The notes under the pieces are model-generated. The model worked only from the letters and a program-made list of their open reading frames with translations. It was not told the DNA's origin and made no database searches. From an uncultured archaeon (GTDB taxonomy: Archaea; Thermoplasmatota; Penumbrarchaeia; JASLWR01), in the NCBI GenBank assembly GCA_964342815.1, contig CAYFHS010000012.1, positions 32,001 to 96,000 of the forward strand: a stretch of 64,000 nucleotides of DNA. The letters are read 5' to 3'. Both the position numbers and the translations under genes were made by a program. Of the stretch, positions 28,392 through 37,235 are shown one piece after another; the stretch's first letter is position 1; each line of letters opens with the position of its first letter.

Positions 28392-31300
28392 ATGTTAGAG
28401 TTTACCAACAGCTCTCTAAAAAAGGCCCTACTCGGGTTTGTCGTAGCCCTGCTATTTCTGATACCAATTATAATAGACGCTGAATCTCCGACATCCGGTG
28501 GAAAATTGCATGTACATATAGAAAACGTACAAGAAAATGACCCAATTTCGAATGTAAATGGCGAACCGACCAGCGGCATTACAGGAACCAGGAGTATATT
28601 GATCGAGGAGAGTTTCGAGAGCTACGATAATCTGGACAATACCAGCACCACTGCATTATTGTCCGATGGCAAGGCAATGCTATCGAGAACCCCGGCACCC
28701 GATAAAAAGACAACAATAAGCATTGACCTTGACTGGCTTTCGAATCCTGTCCATACTTATCCCTTTCATCCCAACGCCATGACCTATGATCCAATGATTC
28801 CATGTCTGGTTCTATCACTCCAGGGTCCAAAGGTACTGTACCGTGTAAATCTGGACAATGGAGACAAGCTCGATGAGATTCCAACCATAAGCAACAATAA
28901 TAGCGGGATTGCGTACAACGGGGATTATTACTATTACTCTGTGGGTGCTGACTCCGATTCCAGTAAACCTGACGTATATAAATATCAAAAGGGCCAGGAT
29001 AAGACCGCTGAATTTATTTCCAGTAAATCCAGCAAGGATGGATATCCCCTTACAGTGGTGGGCAATTATATTTACAGGGGAAAGGGCTATGAAGACGGAA
29101 GCAAGGATTGGGGGAAAATAAACCAGTTAGAAAAGGTGTCTTTGGCGGAACCAGACAAGGTATTGAGCACCTTCCAGCTGGGATTTACGGGGATGACCGA
29201 TCTCGCTTTCGATGGCAAATACATCTGGGTGCTTGTTAACAGCTCTGATAAAGTCTCTTTATATCAATTTGATACGGATGGGAACAGCATTGGGACCTTC
29301 AAGGACTTTTATACTCCGAGAGCCGGGCTCAAACCATGCGGCCTTGCTTACGTTGATGGTACGGGGGATGAAGAAGATTCCCTGTATGTACTACTATACA
29401 AGGAGAGGGGCGAACCCGATAACAGCCAATTGTTAAGGGTGAAGATGACAAGTCGTTATCAGTTAGAAGACACGATAATTTCGAAAACCTATGATGATTT
29501 CGAGGAACCATTATATGCAGTAAAATTCGAAGCTGTAACAACGACAACATCCTCAACCACTCTAGAATATTTCTATTCCAAAGAGAATGGAATAAATTGG
29601 GAGGAGGCAAATCTGAACGAATGGATCGATTTCGAAGAACCGGTGAACAAACTTTCCTATAAGATAATATTGGGTACACGAAATCACGAAAAAACTCCTA
29701 CATTATCCAACCTGAAAGTGCTGAAGAACGAGGTAGAAACTCCCGTTGCCAACTCCCCCACACATAATTTTTGGGCCAACACAGCGAACGTGAATTTCAA
29801 ATGGACCTTCAATGATCCAAACGAAGGTGACGCACAGGCGGCATTCGAGATTGAATTAGCTGAAAGTGACACGTTCAGCACGATTTACCGGGAACAGACC
29901 GTAACAAGCTTGGAAAGAAGCCATACTTTCACCGAAAATTTAAAAGACGGATTATTTTACTGGAGAGTTCGAACAAAGGACGATCACAATCAATGGAGCG
30001 CCTTTTCCGACCCATTCCTCGTCAATGTAAATTGGATATCTCCAGTGGGAAGTGTGATCATTAACAATGACAACCTTACCACCGATGACCGGAAAGTAGA
30101 ATTGACCCTCGCTGCAGATGGTACCTACCCAGGCGTCATAGAGATGTATATCAGCAATAACCCCGCGGCTCCCAAAGACGGATCAGCATGGGAAATTTAC
30201 GTGACAAGTTTCAACTGGACCTTGGATAAGGAACTTGGTGAGAAAACAGTCCATGTCTGGTACCGTGACGAAAACGATCTGAAAAGTACTGTTGCAAAGG
30301 CCACCATCACTCTAGAAGAAAAAGCCGTCGATGTCGATACGGGAATTCTGGGTTGGGGAAAGATCGGAGCGGATTCAAAGGGGTATGGGGGCGTTGATAT
30401 TTTTTACATCGTTCTCATCTTGGTTTTAATCGTTATCGTAGTAGTAGTGATCTTTGTAATAAAGAACAGAGGTGGAGGAGATTATTACGACGATGACTAT
30501 GACGATGATGATGAAGAGGAGGAAGATGATCTGGATGTTCTGGAACAGATCCGTCGGAAGCGGAAGAAGGAAATGGGTGCGGAAATAAAGGAAGAGAAAG
30601 AGGACGTGATAGAGGAGGAAGAAGAGGAGGAAGAGAAATTCGAGAAAAAAGCCCACGGCCGCTATACCGACCTTTCAACGGAAGACGATTTTTCCATGGG
30701 CACCAGTCGTTACGGTGTTCCAGAAGAAGAAGAAAAAAAAGAAGAAAAGGAACTCAGCGGTCCGTATTCCATGAAATCATTGGAGGACGATTTCTCATTG
30801 GAACCCCAGAGATACGGGGGCCCTCCTTCCTTGGATGATTTCATGAAGAATATCGAGGACATGAGTGAAGAACCTCAAGCAGAAGAGAAAAAGTCCGCAT
30901 CCATGCCCAAGGAAAAAGAAAAGACGCTCTCAAAAGAGGAAGCAAAGAAAGCCAGGGAACAGATAGAAATGCTGAAAAAACGCCGCCTGGACATTCTGGA
31001 TTCATTGAGGTCAACTACAGACAGCCGCAGACAGAAAGCACTTGAGCAGCAAATGGACGATATTCAGCAGCTGATTATTGGATTGAGAAAACATCTTCCC
31101 GCTGACGAAGAAGTGGACGAAGTCACTGAAGAGGAAGCCCCACCCACGGTAGAGGCGGAAAAGATTGAGGTAATGGATGTACCCAGCGATATAAAGGACC
31201 AGTTGAAAGAGGGAGCGAGACGAGATAAAAAACGCGGGGTTGGCTTTGGATTTCTGGACCAAGAAGTAGCAGACACGGAAGAAAAAACCTCGCAACAACA

Positions 31301-32489
31301 ACCGATATCTCCGGAAGTCCAAGCGAGGTTGGCACAGATACTCCAACAGTTACAGGTACTTCAACAGCAGCAGCTTGCGGTGCAGAACCAGATGCGGCAA
31401 ACATCCGAACCCGGACAGCAGAGATTATTGAATCAACAGGTACAGGTGATGGCACAACAACAGCAGGCATTGCAGCAGGAAGCTCAAAGACTTCAACAAC
31501 AGTCACAGCAAAAGTCACCCACGGAGGAAAAGACCGCAATATCACCCGAAGTGGAAGCTAAACTGGCACAGATTCTTCAACAGCTGCAGGTCCTGGCTCA
31601 ACAGAAAATGGCAGTACAGAACCAGATGCGGCAGACTGCGGATCCTCAGATGCAGCAGACACTTAACCAGCAGTACCAGACCATAACGCAGCAACAACAG
31701 ACATTGCAGCAGCAGGCGCAGTTACTTCAACAACAGGCTGCAGCGCTTCAACCTGAAGCAGCAGCACCACAGCCCGAACCGGCGGTAGCACCTTCGGACG
31801 TGGAGGCAAAGGCAAGACAGATACTTCAGCAACTTCAGGCACTTGCTCAACAGCAGATAGCGATACAGAATCAGATGCGGCAGACCACAGACCCGGCGCA
31901 AAAACTGACATTGGCTCAGCAGGATCAAGCTTGCAAACAGCAGATGGAAGCTCTGAAAGCACAGGCTGCAGCGCTTCATCAGCAGTCTCAGTACCAACCA
32001 CCGGCTCCTCCCCAGGAAGAGGCGCCGCCACCTGCTCCGACTCCCGAGATGGAGGCAAAGTTGAGACAGATACTAGGACAGCTACAGGCAATTCAGGAGC
32101 AGCAGGCAGTGGTACAAAATCAACTTTCACAGACACAAGACCCGGGACAACAACAGGCTTTAAGTTCACATTATCAGTCACTTCAGCAGCAAGCTATGGC
32201 ATTGAAACAGCAAGCGGAAGCAGTACAACAACAGGCAGCGGGAACCCCTGCACCACCAGCCCAAGCACCGGCTCCGCAACCTGCACCACAGAATGCACAG
32301 GCACAATATAACGCCGTGGCCCAACAGTACCAGACCCTGCAGCAGCAGAGTGCCGCCATCCAGCAGCAGCTTCAGCAGGCCAGGGATCCCGGGCAGCAGC
32401 AGGCCCTTATGCAGCAGTATCAGGCCGTACAACAGCAGCTCGGCCCACTGGGCCAGCAGCTTCAACAGCTGCAGGCTGCACAACGATAG
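28392..32489 (+). CDS. Membrane-anchored protein with an extracellular propeller/FN3-like region, a TM helix, an acidic linker and Gln-rich cytoplasmic repeats
   Basis: Signal peptide; propeller-like blocks (TDLAFDGKYIWVL); FN3-like FKWTFNDP...YWRVRTKD; TM IFYIVLILVLIVIVVVVIFVI; five Q-rich repeats. ATG 28392 follows SD AGGTG. Confidence 0.85.
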   Translation: MLEFTNSSLKKALLGFVVALLFLIPIIIDAESPTSGGKLHVHIENVQENDPISNVNGEPTSGITGTRSILIEESFESYDNLDNTSTTALLSDGKAMLSRTPAPDKKTTISIDLDWLSNPVHTYPFHPNAMTYDPMIPCLVLSLQGPKVLYRVNLDNGDKLDEIPTISNNNSGIAYNGDYYYYSVGADSDSSKPDVYKYQKGQDKTAEFISSKSSKDGYPLTVVGNYIYRGKGYEDGSKDWGKINQLEKVSLAEPDKVLSTFQLGFTGMTDLAFDGKYIWVLVNSSDKVSLYQFDTDGNSIGTFKDFYTPRAGLKPCGLAYVDGTGDEEDSLYVLLYKERGEPDNSQLLRVKMTSRYQLEDTIISKTYDDFEEPLYAVKFEAVTTTTSSTTLEYFYSKENGINWEEANLNEWIDFEEPVNKLSYKIILGTRNHEKTPTLSNLKVLKNEVETPVANSPTHNFWANTANVNFKWTFNDPNEGDAQAAFEIELAESDTFSTIYREQTVTSLERSHTFTENLKDGLFYWRVRTKDDHNQWSAFSDPFLVNVNWISPVGSVIINNDNLTTDDRKVELTLAADGTYPGVIEMYISNNPAAPKDGSAWEIYVTSFNWTLDKELGEKTVHVWYRDENDLKSTVAKATITLEEKAVDVDTGILGWGKIGADSKGYGGVDIFYIVLILVLIVIVVVVIFVIKNRGGGDYYDDDYDDDDEEEEDDLDVLEQIRRKRKKEMGAEIKEEKEDVIEEEEEEEEKFEKKAHGRYTDLSTEDDFSMGTSRYGVPEEEEKKEEKELSGPYSMKSLEDDFSLEPQRYGGPPSLDDFMKNIEDMSEEPQAEEKKSASMPKEKEKTLSKEEAKKAREQIEMLKKRRLDILDSLRSTTDSRRQKALEQQMDDIQQLIIGLRKHLPADEEVDEVTEEEAPPTVEAEKIEVMDVPSDIKDQLKEGARRDKKRGVGFGFLDQEVADTEEKTSQQQPISPEVQARLAQILQQLQVLQQQQLAVQNQMRQTSEPGQQRLLNQQVQVMAQQQQALQQEAQRLQQQSQQKSPTEEKTAISPEVEAKLAQILQQLQVLAQQKMAVQNQMRQTADPQMQQTLNQQYQTITQQQQTLQQQAQLLQQQAAALQPEAAAPQPEPAVAPSDVEAKARQILQQLQALAQQQIAIQNQMRQTTDPAQKLTLAQQDQACKQQMEALKAQAAALHQQSQYQPPAPPQEEAPPPAPTPEMEAKLRQILGQLQAIQEQQAVVQNQLSQTQDPGQQQALSSHYQSLQQQAMALKQQAEAVQQQAAGTPAPPAQAPAPQPAPQNAQAQYNAVAQQYQTLQQQSAAIQQQLQQARDPGQQQALMQQYQAVQQQLGPLGQQLQQLQAAQR
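31305..32486 (+). repeat. Five tandem ~80-aa Gln-rich coding repeats
   Basis: Consensus approximately PEVEAKLxQILQQLQxLxQQQxAVQNQMRQTxDPxQQQxLxQQYQxxxQQQxxLxQQAxxLQQQ. Confidence 0.9.
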
Positions 32490-32551
32490 AATGTCCCTTT
32501 CGACCTATTCAATATCGTAGATATTTTCCATATATCACTTGGGGGAATTAA

Positions 32552-33502
32552 ATGAAGGATAATAAAAAGGTCTTCAGAAAGACCGAATCCGGTCTGAACT
32601 GCCCGAACTGCAGCCAGTTCATGGGCCCGTTCAAAGTTTGCCCATACTGCAGGACAAAGGTAAAGAACCGCCTGGATATCAGGACCTTCAAGGCTATTAG
32701 CGTTGTTGTTGCCGTAGTGGGGATCGCCTTCTTATTGGTCTGGGCCAACATGAAAGATCGGGAAAAGTGGGATATTGAGGATCTGACCAAACGCCAGAAT
32801 TACGCGTACCTAGAATTCAACGGTACCGTGGTGGAAGATTCTCGTTATTATGTTTCATTCGGAGCGGAAGGGGAAAGACTCCCCGGTTCCCTAAGTTTCC
32901 GTTTTGACGATGGAACCGGGATAATGGAGGTAAAAGCATACCAGGAGGTTGCCAAGGACCTTGTCAAAGAAAAGATGATCCCTGTTAGAGGCGACAGCAT
33001 AAAAATTTCCGGCCCCGTCAACTATCGCGGCAACGACATGACGCTGCTGCTGCAGGATTGGACAGCCCTCGAGATCGAGAGACCCGATCCCGATATTACC
33101 GTAACTATCGCAGACATTTATGAGAATCCGGATGAAGATGCCTTTCCATTTGGAAAGATGATAAAAGTATCCGGTCTTTTAACTGGAGCGGTATTTGTGG
33201 CAGAAGATCTTGAAACGGATTTTGCTGACAAGGTCGGTAATATGAAAATTCTGATAAAGGACGAGAATGACAACACAGCCATTATTCATGTGGCCCAATC
33301 TCTCTACTCACCATATTATCTCTATAACGAAGAAGTTGGCGCTGGAGAATATAACTTATATGAAGTGGGGACTGAACTCATAACGGTTACCGGTCATCTC
33401 GTCTGGGACAAGTATGCGCCCAACGAGGTTACGGGCGGGAAGGGGAACTGGGTTATTGAACCACAGAGACTGGAAGACGTACATCTGGAGGTGGTTTCAT
33501 AG
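32552..33502 (+). CDS. Zn-ribbon / TM / tandem OB-fold protein (OB protein 1)
   Basis: CPNC..CPYC, one TM helix, then OB-like patterns FNGTVVE...FRFDDGTGIMEV...GDSIKISGPV and IKVSGLL...IKDENDN...ITVTGHL. Confidence 0.8.
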   Translation: MKDNKKVFRKTESGLNCPNCSQFMGPFKVCPYCRTKVKNRLDIRTFKAISVVVAVVGIAFLLVWANMKDREKWDIEDLTKRQNYAYLEFNGTVVEDSRYYVSFGAEGERLPGSLSFRFDDGTGIMEVKAYQEVAKDLVKEKMIPVRGDSIKISGPVNYRGNDMTLLLQDWTALEIERPDPDITVTIADIYENPDEDAFPFGKMIKVSGLLTGAVFVAEDLETDFADKVGNMKILIKDENDNTAIIHVAQSLYSPYYLYNEEVGAGEYNLYEVGTELITVTGHLVWDKYAPNEVTGGKGNWVIEPQRLEDVHLEVVS

Positions 33503-34800
33503 CCGAGAAGATCGAAGAAACCGAGAAAAAGCCAGTTGGGAAGGAAGAAGTGCTGGCCGCAGGCAAGAAACAATGTCCCGCTTGCGGTAAATACGTTGAC
33601 AAGGAACGCCGTATCTGCCCCGAGTGTACCGCACATTTCAGCTACCGCATAAAGGAATCTACCCTGGTGAAATTCTCATCTATATTTGTTGTAATAGGCG
33701 TCGTATTCTTTCTGATAGCAGCATATTGGCCAACAGGTATAACCGACGTGGAAGACATGGACCGATATGACAATTTCTCAATCATGACTTTCAAGGGAAA
33801 GGTGGTTGAAGCACCCGACTACGACGTTTATCCTTACCAGGAATACGGTGAGATGAAATTAAATATAAGCGACGAGACAGGTTATTTACAAGTACTATGC
33901 AACAGCGGGGTGACCGAGAGTCTGATAAAGAGCGGAAAGATACCAGCCGTTGGCGACACCGTGGAAGTGACAGGGCGAGTTCTTTTCATTGAGTCCGTGT
34001 CCCCCGGGGCATGGAAAAACATCACTCTTTCAAATCAAGGCCTCAAATTATATCTTAAAGGGGAAGCAGAACTAAAGGGGCGGGAAGATGCGTTCAAACG
34101 GGTGGAGGTGATGTACGAGGATAACATCAAGATATTTCCCAACAAATACACGAAAAAGTCGATTTCCAATATTGCCGGAAAACCCAAAGAAACCTTTGAA
34201 ATTGGCACAAAAGTTGTGGTGAGCGGAAAAGTTGTTTCTGTTTTAACAGATTACCCCACTGCTTATCAGTTCCATATCGGTGACGAAGATAATGCAAAAA
34301 ATCTCATGGTATATGTTCCAAAGGGTCTCGTTCAACTATCTGGCATTGAATTAGAATCGGAAGAAGATATCATTTTCAATATAAAACCGGGTTCGGATGT
34401 TACAATAATCGGTGCTTTGATATATTATGACAATAAAGAGATATGGGAATTGGTACCAACATCTGTGGGGACGAAAATCAAAGTGGGTGGAAATCCGTGT
34501 TTCGAAGTTACTCAAGAGGATTCTTCGTTTACATTTACCGTGGACAAAATAATGTCCAACAAGGGATTGTACGAGAATGCACGCGTAGGATTGAATAATG
34601 TCAAAATAGTAAATAAAAACTATAAATTGTATGTTAAAGACCAGGGTGGTACGGATGAAATTGTTCTTTTCAGCTATGGAAGTTTAGGAGAATATAATAC
34701 AGGTGACATCGTTAACGTCGAAGGGCAATTTATATATTATGAAGGAAAAAAGATATGGGAAATTAAACTAAATGCCGATGATATCAGGGAGGTGGTCTGA
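33499..34800 (+). CDS. Zn-ribbon / TM / triple OB-fold protein (OB protein 2); probable ATA start at 33499 (track starts at 33550)
   Basis: CPAC..CPEC, one TM helix, three OB-like units (FKGKVVE..ISDETG..GDTVEVTGRV; VVSGKVV..GSDVTIIGAL; GDIVNVEGQF). SD GGAGGTGG at 33487-33494. Confidence 0.8.
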   Translation: MAEKIEETEKKPVGKEEVLAAGKKQCPACGKYVDKERRICPECTAHFSYRIKESTLVKFSSIFVVIGVVFFLIAAYWPTGITDVEDMDRYDNFSIMTFKGKVVEAPDYDVYPYQEYGEMKLNISDETGYLQVLCNSGVTESLIKSGKIPAVGDTVEVTGRVLFIESVSPGAWKNITLSNQGLKLYLKGEAELKGREDAFKRVEVMYEDNIKIFPNKYTKKSISNIAGKPKETFEIGTKVVVSGKVVSVLTDYPTAYQFHIGDEDNAKNLMVYVPKGLVQLSGIELESEEDIIFNIKPGSDVTIIGALIYYDNKEIWELVPTSVGTKIKVGGNPCFEVTQEDSSFTFTVDKIMSNKGLYENARVGLNNVKIVNKNYKLYVKDQGGTDEIVLFSYGSLGEYNTGDIVNVEGQFIYYEGKKIWEIKLNADDIREVV

Positions 34801-36144
34801 GTGAACATGCCGCTTGATCTGATGCTTTTTACCATTGCAATTACCACAGTTGCCGCCGTGGTCGGGGGTCTCATTACAATGATGTTCCCTGGAATGCACG
34901 TTTACAACCTTTTGGGATTCATGATGATATTTTCCATGGCCACGGTGGAGAGCATTAACCCGATCTATCTGGCGTCTATCATAGTTGGATTGATGCTGGG
35001 TTACATCATGACCTTCTCTTCCATAAGTACTCTTTATTTCCAGGCACCCGACGACTCCACAATGTTCTTCATGATGCCTTCCCAGAAATACATGATGAAG
35101 GGAAAGGGGCATGCAGCTGCCGTGCTGGGTGCTGTTGGCTCGCTTGTTGGAGTTCTCATCGTGGTGGTGGGTCTCCCACTGGGAGGATTCATAATCAAGA
35201 TATTTTACGATGTGTTCAAAGAAGCAATGTTCTTTCTCACCGGTATCGTGATCTGCTTCATCCTCATGTCCGAATGGCCCAAGGATTTCGGACAGGGACA
35301 GACCAAGTGGCAGCGGATGAGGGACGGGTGGTCCACTCTCATGTGGGGATATCTGGTGTTCTTCCTGGCCTCAATACTCGGTATAATAAACTTCAATAAA
35401 CCGCTCATTCCGGCATCCAACGCCTTTCAGAGTCTGGCGCCCATCTTTATCGGTCTTTTTGCCATTCCCTCCATGATCACCAACGTGATATCGAAGACAA
35501 ACATTCCGCCGCAGTTCGTTTCCAAAAGCGTCCATCTAAGAGCCCATCATATTATTCAGAGCGGGGTATCCGGTGCGGCAGGAGGTCTGTACGGCGCTGT
35601 AACACCTGGAGTGACCCCGGGCCCATCTGGTTATATGGCGGGCCACGCGACAGCACAGAGCGGAGAGACGAATTTTCTAATGTCTATGAACGTGAACAGG
35701 ATAGTGTATTACGTTGGGGCGGCCACGCTGCTGCTGCACCCCGACGTTCACCTAAGGAGAGGCGGGGTATCCATGTTCATTGACCTTTTCGGCTACTCTC
35801 CCAAGAGCTCCGCGGATTACTATCTCGTAATCTCAGCCCTATGTTTCGCAGCATTTTTCTCGTTCATTCTGATACTTGGTTTGTCCAGGGTGGCGGGGAA
35901 ATTCGTGAGAAAGCTCGACTTCAGAATAATATCAATAATCAGTATCGTGGTGCTTGTGATCATTGTGGTGCTGTTCACCTCATGGCAGGGCCTGATAGTC
36001 CTCACCGTTGCTTCCGGACTCGGTCTCTTACCGGTTCTTTTCCAGACTCGCAGGATGAATCTTCTCGCAGTTCTGCTGACACCCATGTTCCTCAATATGA
36101 GCGGTGCCGGCGGTACCGTTGCAAAATTACTGGGGTTGATATAG
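34801..36144 (+). CDS. TctA/DUF112-like (tripartite tricarboxylate transporter-like) multi-TM permease
   Basis: About 12 TM segments. Motifs FPGMHVYN, APDDST...PSQKYMMKGKGHAAAVLGAVGS, GLFAIPS, VTPG. Confidence 0.8.
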   Translation: MNMPLDLMLFTIAITTVAAVVGGLITMMFPGMHVYNLLGFMMIFSMATVESINPIYLASIIVGLMLGYIMTFSSISTLYFQAPDDSTMFFMMPSQKYMMKGKGHAAAVLGAVGSLVGVLIVVVGLPLGGFIIKIFYDVFKEAMFFLTGIVICFILMSEWPKDFGQGQTKWQRMRDGWSTLMWGYLVFFLASILGIINFNKPLIPASNAFQSLAPIFIGLFAIPSMITNVISKTNIPPQFVSKSVHLRAHHIIQSGVSGAAGGLYGAVTPGVTPGPSGYMAGHATAQSGETNFLMSMNVNRIVYYVGAATLLLHPDVHLRRGGVSMFIDLFGYSPKSSADYYLVISALCFAAFFSFILILGLSRVAGKFVRKLDFRIISIISIVVLVIIVVLFTSWQGLIVLTVASGLGLLPVLFQTRRMNLLAVLLTPMFLNMSGAGGTVAKLLGLI

Positions 36145-37232
36145 TGAAAGGCCTCACACATTACATCGTAGGGGTCGCCGTGGCGACATTCTTCATTGAC
36201 GCAGTCCAGATGACGCTTATCGACAAGTCCTGGATAATACTTCTGGGCGGTATCTTCGGAATACTTCCCGATTTCATGGATTTCCGCTTCGCAAGATACT
36301 TGATAGTACACGATTACGAAGTTACACCCGGTCACAAGGAGCTGAATCCGCGCGTTGTGGCCGATACCATAGTAAAGGCCATCGACGAAGCGGCCCAGAC
36401 CGGGAAATCCGTAAAGATAAAACTTCACTCCATGAAGGTAACCCAGGACCTCTGGAGGCAGTATTCCGTCCAGTTCGATACGGACCGTAAGGAAGTTATT
36501 GCAAGGATCGGACCTCTCGTGACCACTGGTCAGACAGAACAACCGGACACGGCACCAAAGGGAGACAAGGCAATGGCGGTTGCGAAGTACAAGAGCGACA
36601 TCAACCACACTTACCACCTGGCAACTAACATAGATATCTGGCACGGGAACGATTACGAGTTCGTCCCCGAGGGCGATAAGGTTCGAGTGGATTTCATACC
36701 ATGGCACAGAAAGATATGGCATTCTCTCACAGCCGCTTTCCTCTTCGCCCCAATAGGACTGCTTCTATATGGTCTGGATTACGAGGGAATTCTAGCCGCC
36801 ATAATAATAATCGTGGCATTCTGGTCCCATGTTCTCGCGGACCAGATGGGTAATCTCGGATCGAACTTGATCTATCCATTCACTAAAAAGAGGTCAAGGG
36901 GTTTGAAGCTCACCAGCGCAGCGGACCCATTTTCAAATATCTCTTTCGTTTGGGGTGCCATCGCGATAATCATCTTCAATTTCAACGCGTTCAATTTCAC
37001 CCATACCTTCATGATGTGGGGGATCGACGATTATCATGGTCTGAATTACTTCATAGGATTTGGGGAGTATTTTCTGCTGATTGTGGTGATACCCATGGTC
37101 CTTCTGAAACTGGGGATAACGTTTTACAAAAAGAAATTCATTACACGGACGGTAAAGGAAGAGCCCTTATCGGATGAGGAAAAGGAGGCCCTTGAGTCAC
37201 TGGCGGAGATAAGCGACGTGGTAAGGGGGTAA
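36144..37232 (+). CDS. YdjM/DUF457-like membrane-bound metal-dependent hydrolase with a soluble insertion
   Basis: Start GTG 36144 (MKGLTHY), not 35841. Motifs THY, LPDFMDF, WHRKIWHS, SHVLADQM. Confidence 0.8.
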   Translation: MKGLTHYIVGVAVATFFIDAVQMTLIDKSWIILLGGIFGILPDFMDFRFARYLIVHDYEVTPGHKELNPRVVADTIVKAIDEAAQTGKSVKIKLHSMKVTQDLWRQYSVQFDTDRKEVIARIGPLVTTGQTEQPDTAPKGDKAMAVAKYKSDINHTYHLATNIDIWHGNDYEFVPEGDKVRVDFIPWHRKIWHSLTAAFLFAPIGLLLYGLDYEGILAAIIIIVAFWSHVLADQMGNLGSNLIYPFTKKRSRGLKLTSAADPFSNISFVWGAIAIIIFNFNAFNFTHTFMMWGIDDYHGLNYFIGFGEYFLLIVVIPMVLLKLGITFYKKKFITRTVKEEPLSDEEKEALESLAEISDVVRG

Positions 37233-37235
37233 TAA

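Noticed and set aside
31011-32520. Several overlapping alternative-frame and antisense ORFs of 70-170 aa
   Set aside because: Shadow ORFs caused by CAG/CAA-rich repeats that lack stops in other frames.
34100-34790. Apparently more AT-rich 3' part of OB protein 2, suggesting domain replacement
   Set aside because: Visual impression only. It needs a GC/codon-usage computation, and no boundary repeats were seen.
35841-36143. 101-codon N-terminal extension of the hydrolase ORF, and the 300-aa antisense ORF 35820-36722
   Set aside because: Both overlap the well-supported permease and hydrolase genes. The family-like start MKGLTHY at GTG 36144 has an SD-like GGGGTTGA.
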